From positions 1-64,000 of the forward strand of contig JBHLOY010000004.1 in assembly GCA_048939995.1 (NCBI GenBank): DNA of 64,000 nucleotides, read 5' to 3'. Shown here piece by piece: positions 41,274 to 49,691 of the stretch. Within the stretch, counting starts at the first letter, position 1. Every line of letters starts with the position of its first letter. A program made the translations under genes and the position numbers. The DNA is from Promethearchaeota archaeon (GTDB lineage: Archaea > Asgardarchaeota > Lokiarchaeia > Sigyniarchaeales > SOKP01). Below the pieces are notes generated by a model. It made no database searches and was not told where the DNA came from. It was given only the letters and a program-made list of their open reading frames with translations.

Positions 41274-41348
41274 CTAAACAACTACAATAGAGATGAGATC
41301 ACTAATAATAATGTAAATAAATTGTTTTTAATAAATCTTGATAAATTC

Positions 41349-42197
41349 TTATTTATTTAATAAAAACAGTTGCAAAAGAAATTTAAACAGATTTAATTCG
41401 TTCAGTAATGATAAATTTGATACTAAATATTCAAAAATGTTTTCCTCTATAAAATAATTTAAGCATTTTTGGTAGCCTACCTCAGATTTAATCATATCTA
41501 TAATTCTTCTGATTAAATTCACAATCTGCTTCTCAACTATAATCATATCCACATTTTTTGGATCTATACTAATAATATTAATCCCCGTAGCTCTGTTAAA
41601 TGAAAATTTACTTAATTCTGGGTGCTGTTGTACATAATCATGACTTAAATAATTGTTGAACATACTTTCGATACGTTCATAAACCCTTTCTTTACTGTCA
41701 TGTTGAAAATGTCCTTCAATAACATTAATTAATAAATTTAAAATTTGTTGGAATACACCCAGTATATCAAAATACTCTGCCAAAGTGCTAATGTTTTCAG
41801 CTGTCAGCCATTGGGAGTAGTATTCATCAATTACATCTTTAAAAGGATTAAAAAGATCAGTATTTCCTTTCCATAACCCTTTCCATTCTTCTTTATTTTG
41901 TGCATATTGTTGTATAAAAGTCAACTTAATTATGTTCAATCTTGCTTTCAGAATGTCAGCATTGACATTTTTTTCAGCAGCAGCAATGAACAATAAGTTT
42001 AACTCTTTATCTTCTAAATATACCCATCTTAAACCAGACATATCAATGCTTTCAATATCTTGTTTTAATTCAAATACGGTAAATTGATTGATTGCTGTCA
42101 ATAAACCTGAAATCAAATCTTCGTTTAGAGCTAAATCTAAATAAGGTTTATATAACAAAGTTATTCCAGAATGCGAATCTAAAATCCAGATATTCAT
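41349..42197 (-). CDS. Longin-like domain protein with helical C-terminus
   Basis: IWILDSHSGITLLY...DLISGLLTAINQF...IESIDM...LLFIAA matches the beta-beta-alpha-beta-beta-beta-alpha longin pattern. Confidence 0.7.
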   Translation of the reverse strand: MNIWILDSHSGITLLYKPYLDLALNEDLISGLLTAINQFTVFELKQDIESIDMSGLRWVYLEDKELNLLFIAAAEKNVNADILKARLNIIKLTFIQQYAQNKEEWKGLWKGNTDLFNPFKDVIDEYYSQWLTAENISTLAEYFDILGVFQQILNLLINVIEGHFQHDSKERVYERIESMFNNYLSHDYVQQHPELSKFSFNRATGINIISIDPKNVDMIIVEKQIVNLIRRIIDMIKSEVGYQKCLNYFIEENIFEYLVSNLSLLNELNLFKFLLQLFLLNK

Positions 42198-42287
42198 TTT
42201 GTTTTAACCCAAAATTATTAGATCATATTTCTAAGTAAAATATAAACGTTCTTTAATAAATTTCTTTGGTAAATGCAAATTTTCTCA

Positions 42288-42773
42288 TCATAATAGTTCT
42301 TCTAGATTTTTAGTTTTACAAAATTTCTCCAGATTTCTTAACATGTCTGTTAATTTCATCTGTAAAATAAGATCAGCAGCTCCACCAATTAAATTAAGGA
42401 AATCACTACTTAAAACGAAGTTTTCGATAAATACTCCCACTTTAGATTTATTAGAATTCAATTCTTTAATTCTTAATCTTCCTTCTAATTCTCTTACGTC
42501 TTTATTATTCCTTACGTTGAATTCAATTAATCTTCCTTTGTCTTTTTCCTCCCCTTTATCAACCAAAACTAATTCTCCTTCCATTTCTATTGGAACTTTA
42601 ATAATGTTAACTTCGTCATATACTTTAGTAAAAAGAACATTAGGAGCGATGAACTGGGCTTCTAACTTTTTGGTGGGTTTAATTTCTTCCCAAAATTTAG
42701 GTGAGTAAATTGCTTTTAATAAACTAGCTTTATTGCAATTGTCAATTTCTAAAATTTTCGAGATTTTAGTCAT
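42288..42773 (-). CDS. Hypothetical protein, SRPBCC/START-like helix-grip fold
   Basis: N-terminal strand, 'PKFWEEIKP' helix-loop, beta-rich core and long C-terminal helix. Confidence 0.5.
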   Translation of the reverse strand: MTKISKILEIDNCNKASLLKAIYSPKFWEEIKPTKKLEAQFIAPNVLFTKVYDEVNIIKVPIEMEGELVLVDKGEEKDKGRLIEFNVRNNKDVRELEGRLRIKELNSNKSKVGVFIENFVLSSDFLNLIGGAADLILQMKLTDMLRNLEKFCKTKNLEELL

Positions 42774-42866
42774 ATTGTCCTATCTCTCTATTTTATATAT
42801 TAAGTAAATAGTAATTTAGAAAGTTTATAATTATTTATCATTATATATCAAGAAAGACTCTAAAAA

Positions 42867-43067
42867 CTAAGAGTCTCGAAATAACCTTGTTTTCTCAATA
42901 GTTTGGCTTTCATGACAATGTGGGCAAATCCAAGTAGTTTCGCTTCTTTTAACTGATTTTATGCAGTCATTACATATGGTAATATCGCAAATACAATAAT
43001 AACACTCATTTAAGAGGTCTTCACAATTTTTTCCACAAATATAACAAAAAGGAGGATTTTTTGACAT
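42867..43067 (-). CDS. Stand-alone C4C4 RING finger protein
   Basis: C-x2-C-x13-C-x-C-x4-C-x2-C-x12-C-P-x-C spacing. Confidence 0.8.
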   Translation of the reverse strand: MSKNPPFCYICGKNCEDLLNECYYCICDITICNDCIKSVKRSETTWICPHCHESQTIEKTRLFRDS

Positions 43068-43163
43068 TTTATCTTACAATTAACACATAATTTGATATTG
43101 TGTATTATACTTTTAATTTTAAAAATTATTTTATTTAATAAAGAATTAAGAATTTAGTTTATT

Positions 43164-43352
43164 ATGAGTAATCAACTACGATCTCGAATAACTCTATTGG
43201 GGCTTTTTAGTATTTTTTTTATCTATAAAGCCATTGAAGCAGTTATTAATCAATCTACTCCTGAATTTGCTTTGTGGTTTATGATAGCCATTGTTTATGT
43301 ACTCTCTCTTATAATTATGTACTTTGTGATAAAGAGGAAGCAAAAAGTTTAA
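43164..43352 (+). CDS. Small two-TM membrane protein
   Basis: Two hydrophobic helices and a basic C-terminal tail. Confidence 0.65.
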   Translation: MSNQLRSRITLLGLFSIFFIYKAIEAVINQSTPEFALWFMIAIVYVLSLIIMYFVIKRKQKV

Positions 43353-43368
43353 AAGTTTTATGCGCTCT

Positions 43369-43632
43369 CTATTTTCTTTTCAAAAAATCAGCTAATAATC
43401 CATCTATTCCAAGAGTTTTAAATATAGTATCTTTAATATCCATCTGAATTTTCATATCCCGCATAATCTTAAGAGATTCTTCTAGTGTTTTTGAAAAATT
43501 CTCACTCATCTGCTTAATTGTATCAGAAGTTAGTTTTAACGATTCTCTGATTGCTTTATTTGTCTCATGTAACTCCTCAGCCATTCTATCCATACTTTTT
43601 CTCAATTCAGAAAGTTCCTCTTTTATACCCAT
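43369..43632 (-). CDS. Small coiled-coil protein
   Basis: Heptad periodicity over about 65 aa; amphipathic C-terminal end. Confidence 0.7.
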   Translation of the reverse strand: MGIKEELSELRKSMDRMAEELHETNKAIRESLKLTSDTIKQMSENFSKTLEESLKIMRDMKIQMDIKDTIFKTLGIDGLLADFLKRK

Positions 43633-43781
43633 AACTGCGTCATACTTTTATTGTTTTTCTTCTATTATTTTTGAAAATATTTCAAATTTTTAGTATCTTT
43701 CTAAAATTATTAAATATAATAAATATTCTTTAATATTTTCTATTTTATATTCAATATAATAAATTAAAAATTAATGGGATT

Positions 43782-43937
43782 ATGTCTGAGTGGAAATATA
43801 GACTTGATGAATCAGAATCCGATGATCCTTTTTGTTCAGGATGAGGAATAATTGATGGTGTGATTGCCTGTTTCCGATCTCTCAAGAAAAGACGTATGCA
43901 AACAAAAATAAACTCAAAAAAGAATCTCACAGATTAA
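43782..43937 (+). CDS. Candidate micro-ORF with in-frame TGA (CSG-U), possible selenoprotein
   Basis: MSEWKYRLDESESDDPFCSG[TGA]GIIDGVIACFRSLKKRRMQTKINSKKNLTD*. Confidence 0.3.
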
Positions 43938-44003
43938 ATCAAAAATATTAGGATCTAATCTTCAAAGCGATGTGAAAGCTCGAGATTAACGATAAATAAG
44001 TTC

Positions 44004-45389
44004 TTAAAATGGGTTATTAACCCCTTCTCCAACTTTTCTATAAATAAATCCTTTACTCTCAACTATTTTCTTCTCAAAGATATTTCTACCATCAATAATA
44101 ATTGGAGTTCTTACTCGTTTCTTTAAATCATCCAAATCTATATTGTAGTATTCCTTATGATTAGTTGTAAAGATTAAAACATCTGAATCAGATACACATT
44201 CATTAAAATCGTTTGTAAAGCCAGTTAAATTATAATTTTTTGATTTTACATATGGATCATGAGCTACGTAGAAAATATTATGTGAGTGATATTTCATTGT
44301 TAAGGTTTTGATAATATGTTCTGAAGGGGTATTTCGAGTATCATCTGTATTCGCTTTGTAAGACACTCCTAAAAGGCAAACCTTTATATTGTCTACTGGT
44401 TTTTTACTTTCATTCAAAGCATCTTCCATCAATTCTACCATGTGCTTAGGCATGTAATCATTTAGATTTCTGGAATCTGGCATAATTTTTATCATTGCTT
44501 TATTTTTTTTCTGAGTATATTGATTATACCCATATAAAAGTAGCCATGGATCCTTCGATAAACAATGACCTCCAACCCCAGATCCAGGAAAATGCATCAT
44601 CCTATCATCTCTTTGGTTAATTAGCGCGATAATCTCAAAAATATTTCGTCCAAAATCTTCACATAATAATGCCATCTCATTTGCAAATGCGATGTTTATG
44701 TCCCTGTATGCGTTCTCTATACATTTGGTTAGTTCTGCTGTCAAAGTATCAGTGATTTGTAAATCCCTCTTAACTACCTTTCTATATAAGAACTTGGCTT
44801 TTTCATTTGCTTCTTTACAACCCCCTCCAATTACACGTGGAATATCAGTAATAAATTCTATTAATTTCCCAGGCATGCCTCGTTCAAATGAAAATACAAG
44901 ATAAAAACCCTCACTTCTCTTTAATCCACTAACTTCTTCTAATATGGGTTGAACTATATTATCTGTTGTTCCCGGGGCAACTGTGGACTCGATAATGATA
45001 GTGACTCCATTTTTCATATGTTTAGAGATTTTTTCAGAAACTTCTATAAGTGATTCATATCTTGGTATTTTATCTTCAATCTCAACTGGAGTTTGAACAT
45101 CAATTAGAATATAGTCTGCTTCTGAACAGACATCAAATTTATCAGTTACATAGAATTTTTTGTCTCTCACTACTCTACTAATTAAATCATTTAACCCCGG
45201 TTCCTCACCTTCAAAGGGGTTTTTTCCTTCATTAAGCCAATCAATTTTCCATCCTGATCTCATTGACCTTCGTTGAATTCCAACAACATAAAAATCCTCT
45301 ACATCAGCTAACATAACTGCCATAGGGATCCCAACATACCCCATTCCAATAACTACAATTTTAGTGGGCACTTTATGTTCTAACCTCAA
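44004..45389 (-). CDS. Nucleotide-sugar dehydrogenase (UDP-ManNAc/UDP-GlcNAc dehydrogenase family)
   Basis: GMGYVG, ESTVAPGTT, ENAYRDINIAFANE, GVGGHC, DTRNTP, DGRN. Confidence 0.92.
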   Translation of the reverse strand: MRLEHKVPTKIVVIGMGYVGIPMAVMLADVEDFYVVGIQRRSMRSGWKIDWLNEGKNPFEGEEPGLNDLISRVVRDKKFYVTDKFDVCSEADYILIDVQTPVEIEDKIPRYESLIEVSEKISKHMKNGVTIIIESTVAPGTTDNIVQPILEEVSGLKRSEGFYLVFSFERGMPGKLIEFITDIPRVIGGGCKEANEKAKFLYRKVVKRDLQITDTLTAELTKCIENAYRDINIAFANEMALLCEDFGRNIFEIIALINQRDDRMMHFPGSGVGGHCLSKDPWLLLYGYNQYTQKKNKAMIKIMPDSRNLNDYMPKHMVELMEDALNESKKPVDNIKVCLLGVSYKANTDDTRNTPSEHIIKTLTMKYHSHNIFYVAHDPYVKSKNYNLTGFTNDFNECVSDSDVLIFTTNHKEYYNIDLDDLKKRVRTPIIIDGRNIFEKKIVESKGFIYRKVGEGVNNPF

Positions 45390-45628
45390 TTAAATTTATA
45401 TCTAGCTATATTCTATAAAGCTCTATAATTGAAAAACATTTATTAAAAGAAGTAAGAAAAAAAGATTTATAGTTTCTTTTTCTTGTATGAAGTACCTTTT
45501 GATGGGCAATAATAGCTACAATGCTTAGTGATACAGAATGCAATTAAATCACCATTTTTTAAAATTTGATATATTTTATTATGTCATAAAACAATTTTAT
45601 TAATATTTAAAAATTTAAATGAATATAT

Positions 45629-46825
45629 ATGAAAATTGGTAGATTAAGTTTACATGATATTGCGAAAATTAGGCCAGATTCCTTAAAACGAAGAAGAATA
45701 TCAAGTTCTGATAAAACAGGAGGAAATATCGATTCAGTAACTATAAAACCTGGAGAAAAAAGAGTTATAGCTACTGATGAAGGAGCGGGATGCATTACCC
45801 ATATTTGGTGTACATTGGCTTGTAGGGCAAGATATTATTTACGTAATGTAATAATCAGAATGTACTGGGATGGTGAACCTGATGATAAACCAAGTGTGGA
45901 GGTCCCAATTGGAGATTTTTTCGGGATGGGACATGCAAAACATAAAAGTTTTGTCTCACTTCCATTACAGATGAATCCGAGGAATGGAAGAGGATTTAAT
46001 TGTTGGTGGCCTATGCCCTATTCTAAAGGATTTAAAATGACTATTGAAAATGATAGTACAAAGAAAGTTATAATATATTATTATATTGATTATGAGATTT
46101 ATGAAGAAGGTTTTGATAATGATAGCGATTATGGAAGATTTCATGCACAATGGCATCGAGAAAATCCACCGAATGTAAAGCAAGTAGATACCGAATCAGG
46201 AAAGAAGTTTAAAACTACAAAACCAATTAAATTTATGTTCTCTGGAAAGAATCAAGAGCCTTTAAAATACAATTATAAAATCCTTGAAGCAAGAGGAAAA
46301 GGGCATTATGTTGGGTGTCATTTGGATATTGATAATATAACTTTTATGCCTTGGTTTTTGAATTGGCCGGGTGAAGGTGATGACATGATATTTATTGATG
46401 AAGATATCGAGAAAAAAGTCCCTACATTATACGGAACAGGGACCGAGGATTATGTTAATCAAGCGTGGAGTCAGAGCACAAAGTATCATGCCCCATACCA
46501 TGGTACTATTCTACCTGGTGGATTTAACTGGTGGGGGAAAATTACTTATTATCGTTATCATATCGAAGATCCAATATATTTTAATAAAGAAATAATCGTT
46601 TCCATTGAACATGGTCATGATAATCATAGAAAAGATGATTGGTCTTCAACATCATATTGGTACCAAATTGAACCGCATGATCACAACTTGTATCCAAAAT
46701 TACTAAACCGAGAAGAGAGGAAACCAAGATCTCATGCAAATCACATGATTAGAAAACTACTGTGCATTATATCATCACTTTCGATTCTAATTTTGATTTT
46801 GGTATATTACTTCTGGTTAATATGA
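45629..46825 (+). CDS. DUF2961 / GH172 glycoside hydrolase with C-terminal TM helix
   Basis: SSSDKTGGN, GAGCITHIW, PIGDFF, GEGDD, GTGTEDY, EHGH. Confidence 0.9.
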   Translation: MKIGRLSLHDIAKIRPDSLKRRRISSSDKTGGNIDSVTIKPGEKRVIATDEGAGCITHIWCTLACRARYYLRNVIIRMYWDGEPDDKPSVEVPIGDFFGMGHAKHKSFVSLPLQMNPRNGRGFNCWWPMPYSKGFKMTIENDSTKKVIIYYYIDYEIYEEGFDNDSDYGRFHAQWHRENPPNVKQVDTESGKKFKTTKPIKFMFSGKNQEPLKYNYKILEARGKGHYVGCHLDIDNITFMPWFLNWPGEGDDMIFIDEDIEKKVPTLYGTGTEDYVNQAWSQSTKYHAPYHGTILPGGFNWWGKITYYRYHIEDPIYFNKEIIVSIEHGHDNHRKDDWSSTSYWYQIEPHDHNLYPKLLNREERKPRSHANHMIRKLLCIISSLSILILILVYYFWLI

Positions 46826-46878
46826 AATACCATATTCCTCTTAAATAGAGAACAAGAAATAGATAAAAAATCTCAAGG

Positions 46879-47265
46879 TTATCCTTTTTCTTCTAAAAGG
46901 TTTTTAACATATTTTAATAGATCTTTGCCCGAAAAGGGTTTTGTAATATACCCATCTGCTCCTAATGCCTTACCTTTTTGAATGTCTTCGTTAAAACTTT
47001 TAACGGTAAAAATTACTACTAATATATCTTTATAAAGGTCGTTAGATTTTATGTTTCGTAACACATCATAGCCACTTACACCAGGCATCATTAGATCAAG
47101 TAAGATTAAAACGATTTCATTGAACTTTTCTTCCACAATCTTTAAAGCTTCTTTCCCATTACTGCAAGTTATAGTATGATATTCATCTAATTCTAAAAAT
47201 TTCTGGGTAAGGTTTACAATATCAGGTTCATCATCAACAACAAGAATAGTTTTCTTTTCAGCCAT
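46879..47265 (-). CDS. Stand-alone response regulator receiver
   Basis: VVDDE, LDLMMP, GADGYITKPF. Confidence 0.93.
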   Translation of the reverse strand: MAEKKTILVVDDEPDIVNLTQKFLELDEYHTITCSNGKEALKIVEEKFNEIVLILLDLMMPGVSGYDVLRNIKSNDLYKDILVVIFTVKSFNEDIQKGKALGADGYITKPFSGKDLLKYVKNLLEEKG

Positions 47266-47359
47266 TTTACTCTCTATTTGATTTTAATCTTGATTGTTGT
47301 ATATTTTTAACAAATATATATTCGTTTACCTATTTAAATAGTTTATCTGATTTTTATAT

Positions 47360-48034
47360 ATGTTATTCTGTATGACGCGAAAAAATAAGCTTCCAGAATT
47401 TCCGGACTCCTATGTAGGTGAAAAATCATCAGAGTATGATAATTCTAAATGGATGGAAAGGAATCAAAAACGAACAACTCTGAGTTGTATCCAATATTTA
47501 TTTGACAAAAAATTGGATTTAGTTGGAAAGAAGGATTTTCTGGATAAAAAACCCTACTTAATCCTTGATTTAGGTTGTGGAACTGGATTTTCTTCAGAAA
47601 TATTAATAGATTCAGGATTTAGAGTTATAGGAATAGATATTTTATTAGACATGATCTTTAAAGCGAAAACTAAAATTGATTATTTAGAAAAAGGTTTCAA
47701 CCTAAATCTTATTCTTGCGGATATTAGGCATTTACCTTTGAGAACAGAATCAATTGATCATGTAATTTCGATTTCGGCATACAATTTTATTTTACATGGT
47801 GCAAAATATCGTAAGGAAAAAAGTAGAATAGTAAATAATGCTGTAAAGTTGCTTAAAGATATATTAAAGAAAAATGGAAGATTAATTATAGAATTATATC
47901 CAAATAGTGAAGAAGATTTAATTCTTTTTCAATCATCATTTATTAATAATGGATTTAATGGATTTGTGATTAAAAAAAATCCAAAACAAACTAAGGGACA
48001 AACCTTTCTTTTGCTTAAAAAAGTGGTGATATAA
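47360..48034 (+). CDS. SAM-dependent methyltransferase, Bud23/WBSCR22-like
   Basis: ILDLGCGTG, VISISA, ELYP, GFNG...P..TK. Confidence 0.8.
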   Translation: MLFCMTRKNKLPEFPDSYVGEKSSEYDNSKWMERNQKRTTLSCIQYLFDKKLDLVGKKDFLDKKPYLILDLGCGTGFSSEILIDSGFRVIGIDILLDMIFKAKTKIDYLEKGFNLNLILADIRHLPLRTESIDHVISISAYNFILHGAKYRKEKSRIVNNAVKLLKDILKKNGRLIIELYPNSEEDLILFQSSFINNGFNGFVIKKNPKQTKGQTFLLLKKVVI

Positions 48035-48035
48035 A

Positions 48036-49178
48036 GTAGGTCATTGTGAATTCTGTGGAAAGAAAGATAAAATCATTTCAGAAGTTCTTTCTGTATGTCG
48101 TGATTGTATTTTAAATAAAGATTGGGAAATTATTAAGCCCCATATTCTTTCAATACATAGCCAAGTAAGAAATTTGGTTGATTTACCCCGAAAACCTCCT
48201 AAGACAGAAGATTTAGATATCCAATTAAAATGTAATTTTTGTATTAATGAATGTATCCTATCTACTGGAGATATCAGCTACTGCGGATTAAGAAATGAAT
48301 CAAAAAATAAAAATGGCACACAACCTTTTCCCTCAAGCTCTAAAGGCTATATTCATGGTTATCTTGATCCAAATCCTACTAATTGTTGCAATGTCTGGTT
48401 TTGCCCAGCAGGTACATCTTCAGGATATCCTATTTATTCTAATTATGAAGGTCCCGAATTTGGCACATATTCTTATGCTGCATTCCTATATGGATGCTCC
48501 TTTAATTGTCTTTTCTGTCAAAATTCTTCTCATAAATACATCTCAGAAAGATATTTGTATGATGTTGAATCTCTAGCAGATCAGATAGTTAAAAATAAAA
48601 AGATTACATGTCTATGTTATTTTGGAGGCACTCCAGAACCCCAATTACCCTTCACGATTAATTTAGCTAATAAGATTTTAGAGCAAATTAAGAAAGAAAA
48701 TTCAGAGAGGAAATTTAGAATATGTTGGGAATGGAATGGAAGTGGAAGACGAGACCTAACTGAGAAATGTATGCAAATTGCCTTAACTTCTGGAGGAAAC
48801 ATTAAGTTTGATTTAAAGGCTTTTAATGAGAAACTGAATCTATCCTTATGTGGTATTAGCAATAAACGAACATTAAAAAATTTTCAATATTTAGCAGAAA
48901 AATATTTCGGTACTAGAGGAGAAACTATGCCAGAAATAAGTGCTTGTACATTGATGGTACCTGGATATGTTAACTATGAAGAAGTGGAACAGATTGCAAA
49001 ATTCTTGAGTGAAATCAACAAAAAAATACCATACAGTCTATTAATATTTCACGGAGCTTATCAAATGAAAGATCTACCCATCACTCCAAAGGAACAGGCA
49101 TTAAAATGCTTGAAAGTGGCCAAGAAATATTTGGAAAATGTGAATTTAGGAAATAAATTTCTATTGGGATTTTCTTGA
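48036..49178 (+). CDS. Radical SAM protein (PFL-activase-like) with N-terminal Zn-binding region; start about 48036
   Basis: CSFNCLFC motif. The upstream in-frame sequence VGHCEFCG...VCRDCI is absent from the ORF track. Confidence 0.85.
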   Translation, partial: VGHCEFCGKKDKIISEVLSVCRDCILNKDWEIIKPHILSIHSQVRNLVDLPRKPPKTEDLDIQLKCNFCINECILSTGDISYCGLRNESKNKNGTQPFPSSSKGYIHGYLDPNPTNCCNVWFCPAGTSSGYPIYSNYEGPEFGTYSYAAFLYGCSFNCLFCQNSSHKYISERYLYDVESLADQIVKNKKITCLCYFGGTPEPQLPFTINLANKILEQIKKENSERKFRICWEWNGSGRRDLTEKCMQIALTSGGNIKFDLKAFNEKLNLSLCGISNKRTLKNFQYLAEKYFGTRGETMPEISACTLMVPGYVNYEEVEQIAKFLSEINKKIPYSLLIFHGAYQMKDLPITPKEQALKCLKVAKKYLENVNLGNKFLLGFS

Positions 49179-49298
49179 GTTTTAATGGAGTGTTAATATG
49201 ATAAAATATTTATTTTACAAATTATTATCGTTCTTACTATTTACAAGGAAAAATTATTAAAATTTTTAATAATCATTATAAGCTAAAGGTACAGAAGT

Positions 49299-49604
49299 TT
49301 GCAGGCTGCAAGAATCCGTTTAAGCTCAACACAACTAGACTCTCTAAATTCCGTGTGCGAACAAATTGAGAGTGTATGTAAAAGTCAAGGAATAAAAAAG
49401 CATGGTCCCATCCCTTTACCTACTAAACACTTAAAAGTTCCAGTTTTAAAGAATGTATCTGGACAAGGAACTAACAATTGGGCTAAATATGAAATGAGAA
49501 TCCATAAGAGACTCTTTGAAATCATTGCAAATGAACGTAGCATGCATTTAATAATGAAAATACAGATTCCTGAATCGGTGCTTGTAGAAATAGAATTAAT
49601 GTAA
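49299..49604 (+). CDS. rpsJ: 30S ribosomal protein uS10 (archaeal type)
   Basis: ARIRL, GPIPLPTK, YEMRIHKRL, IPESV.VEI. Confidence 0.92.
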   Translation: MQAARIRLSSTQLDSLNSVCEQIESVCKSQGIKKHGPIPLPTKHLKVPVLKNVSGQGTNNWAKYEMRIHKRLFEIIANERSMHLIMKIQIPESVLVEIELM

Positions 49605-49691
49605 ATAGCTGATTTTTAATCATAAACACATTTAAATCAGAGAATTAGTTTTATTAAATAGCAAACTTTTGCATTCATAATTCAAACTAGA

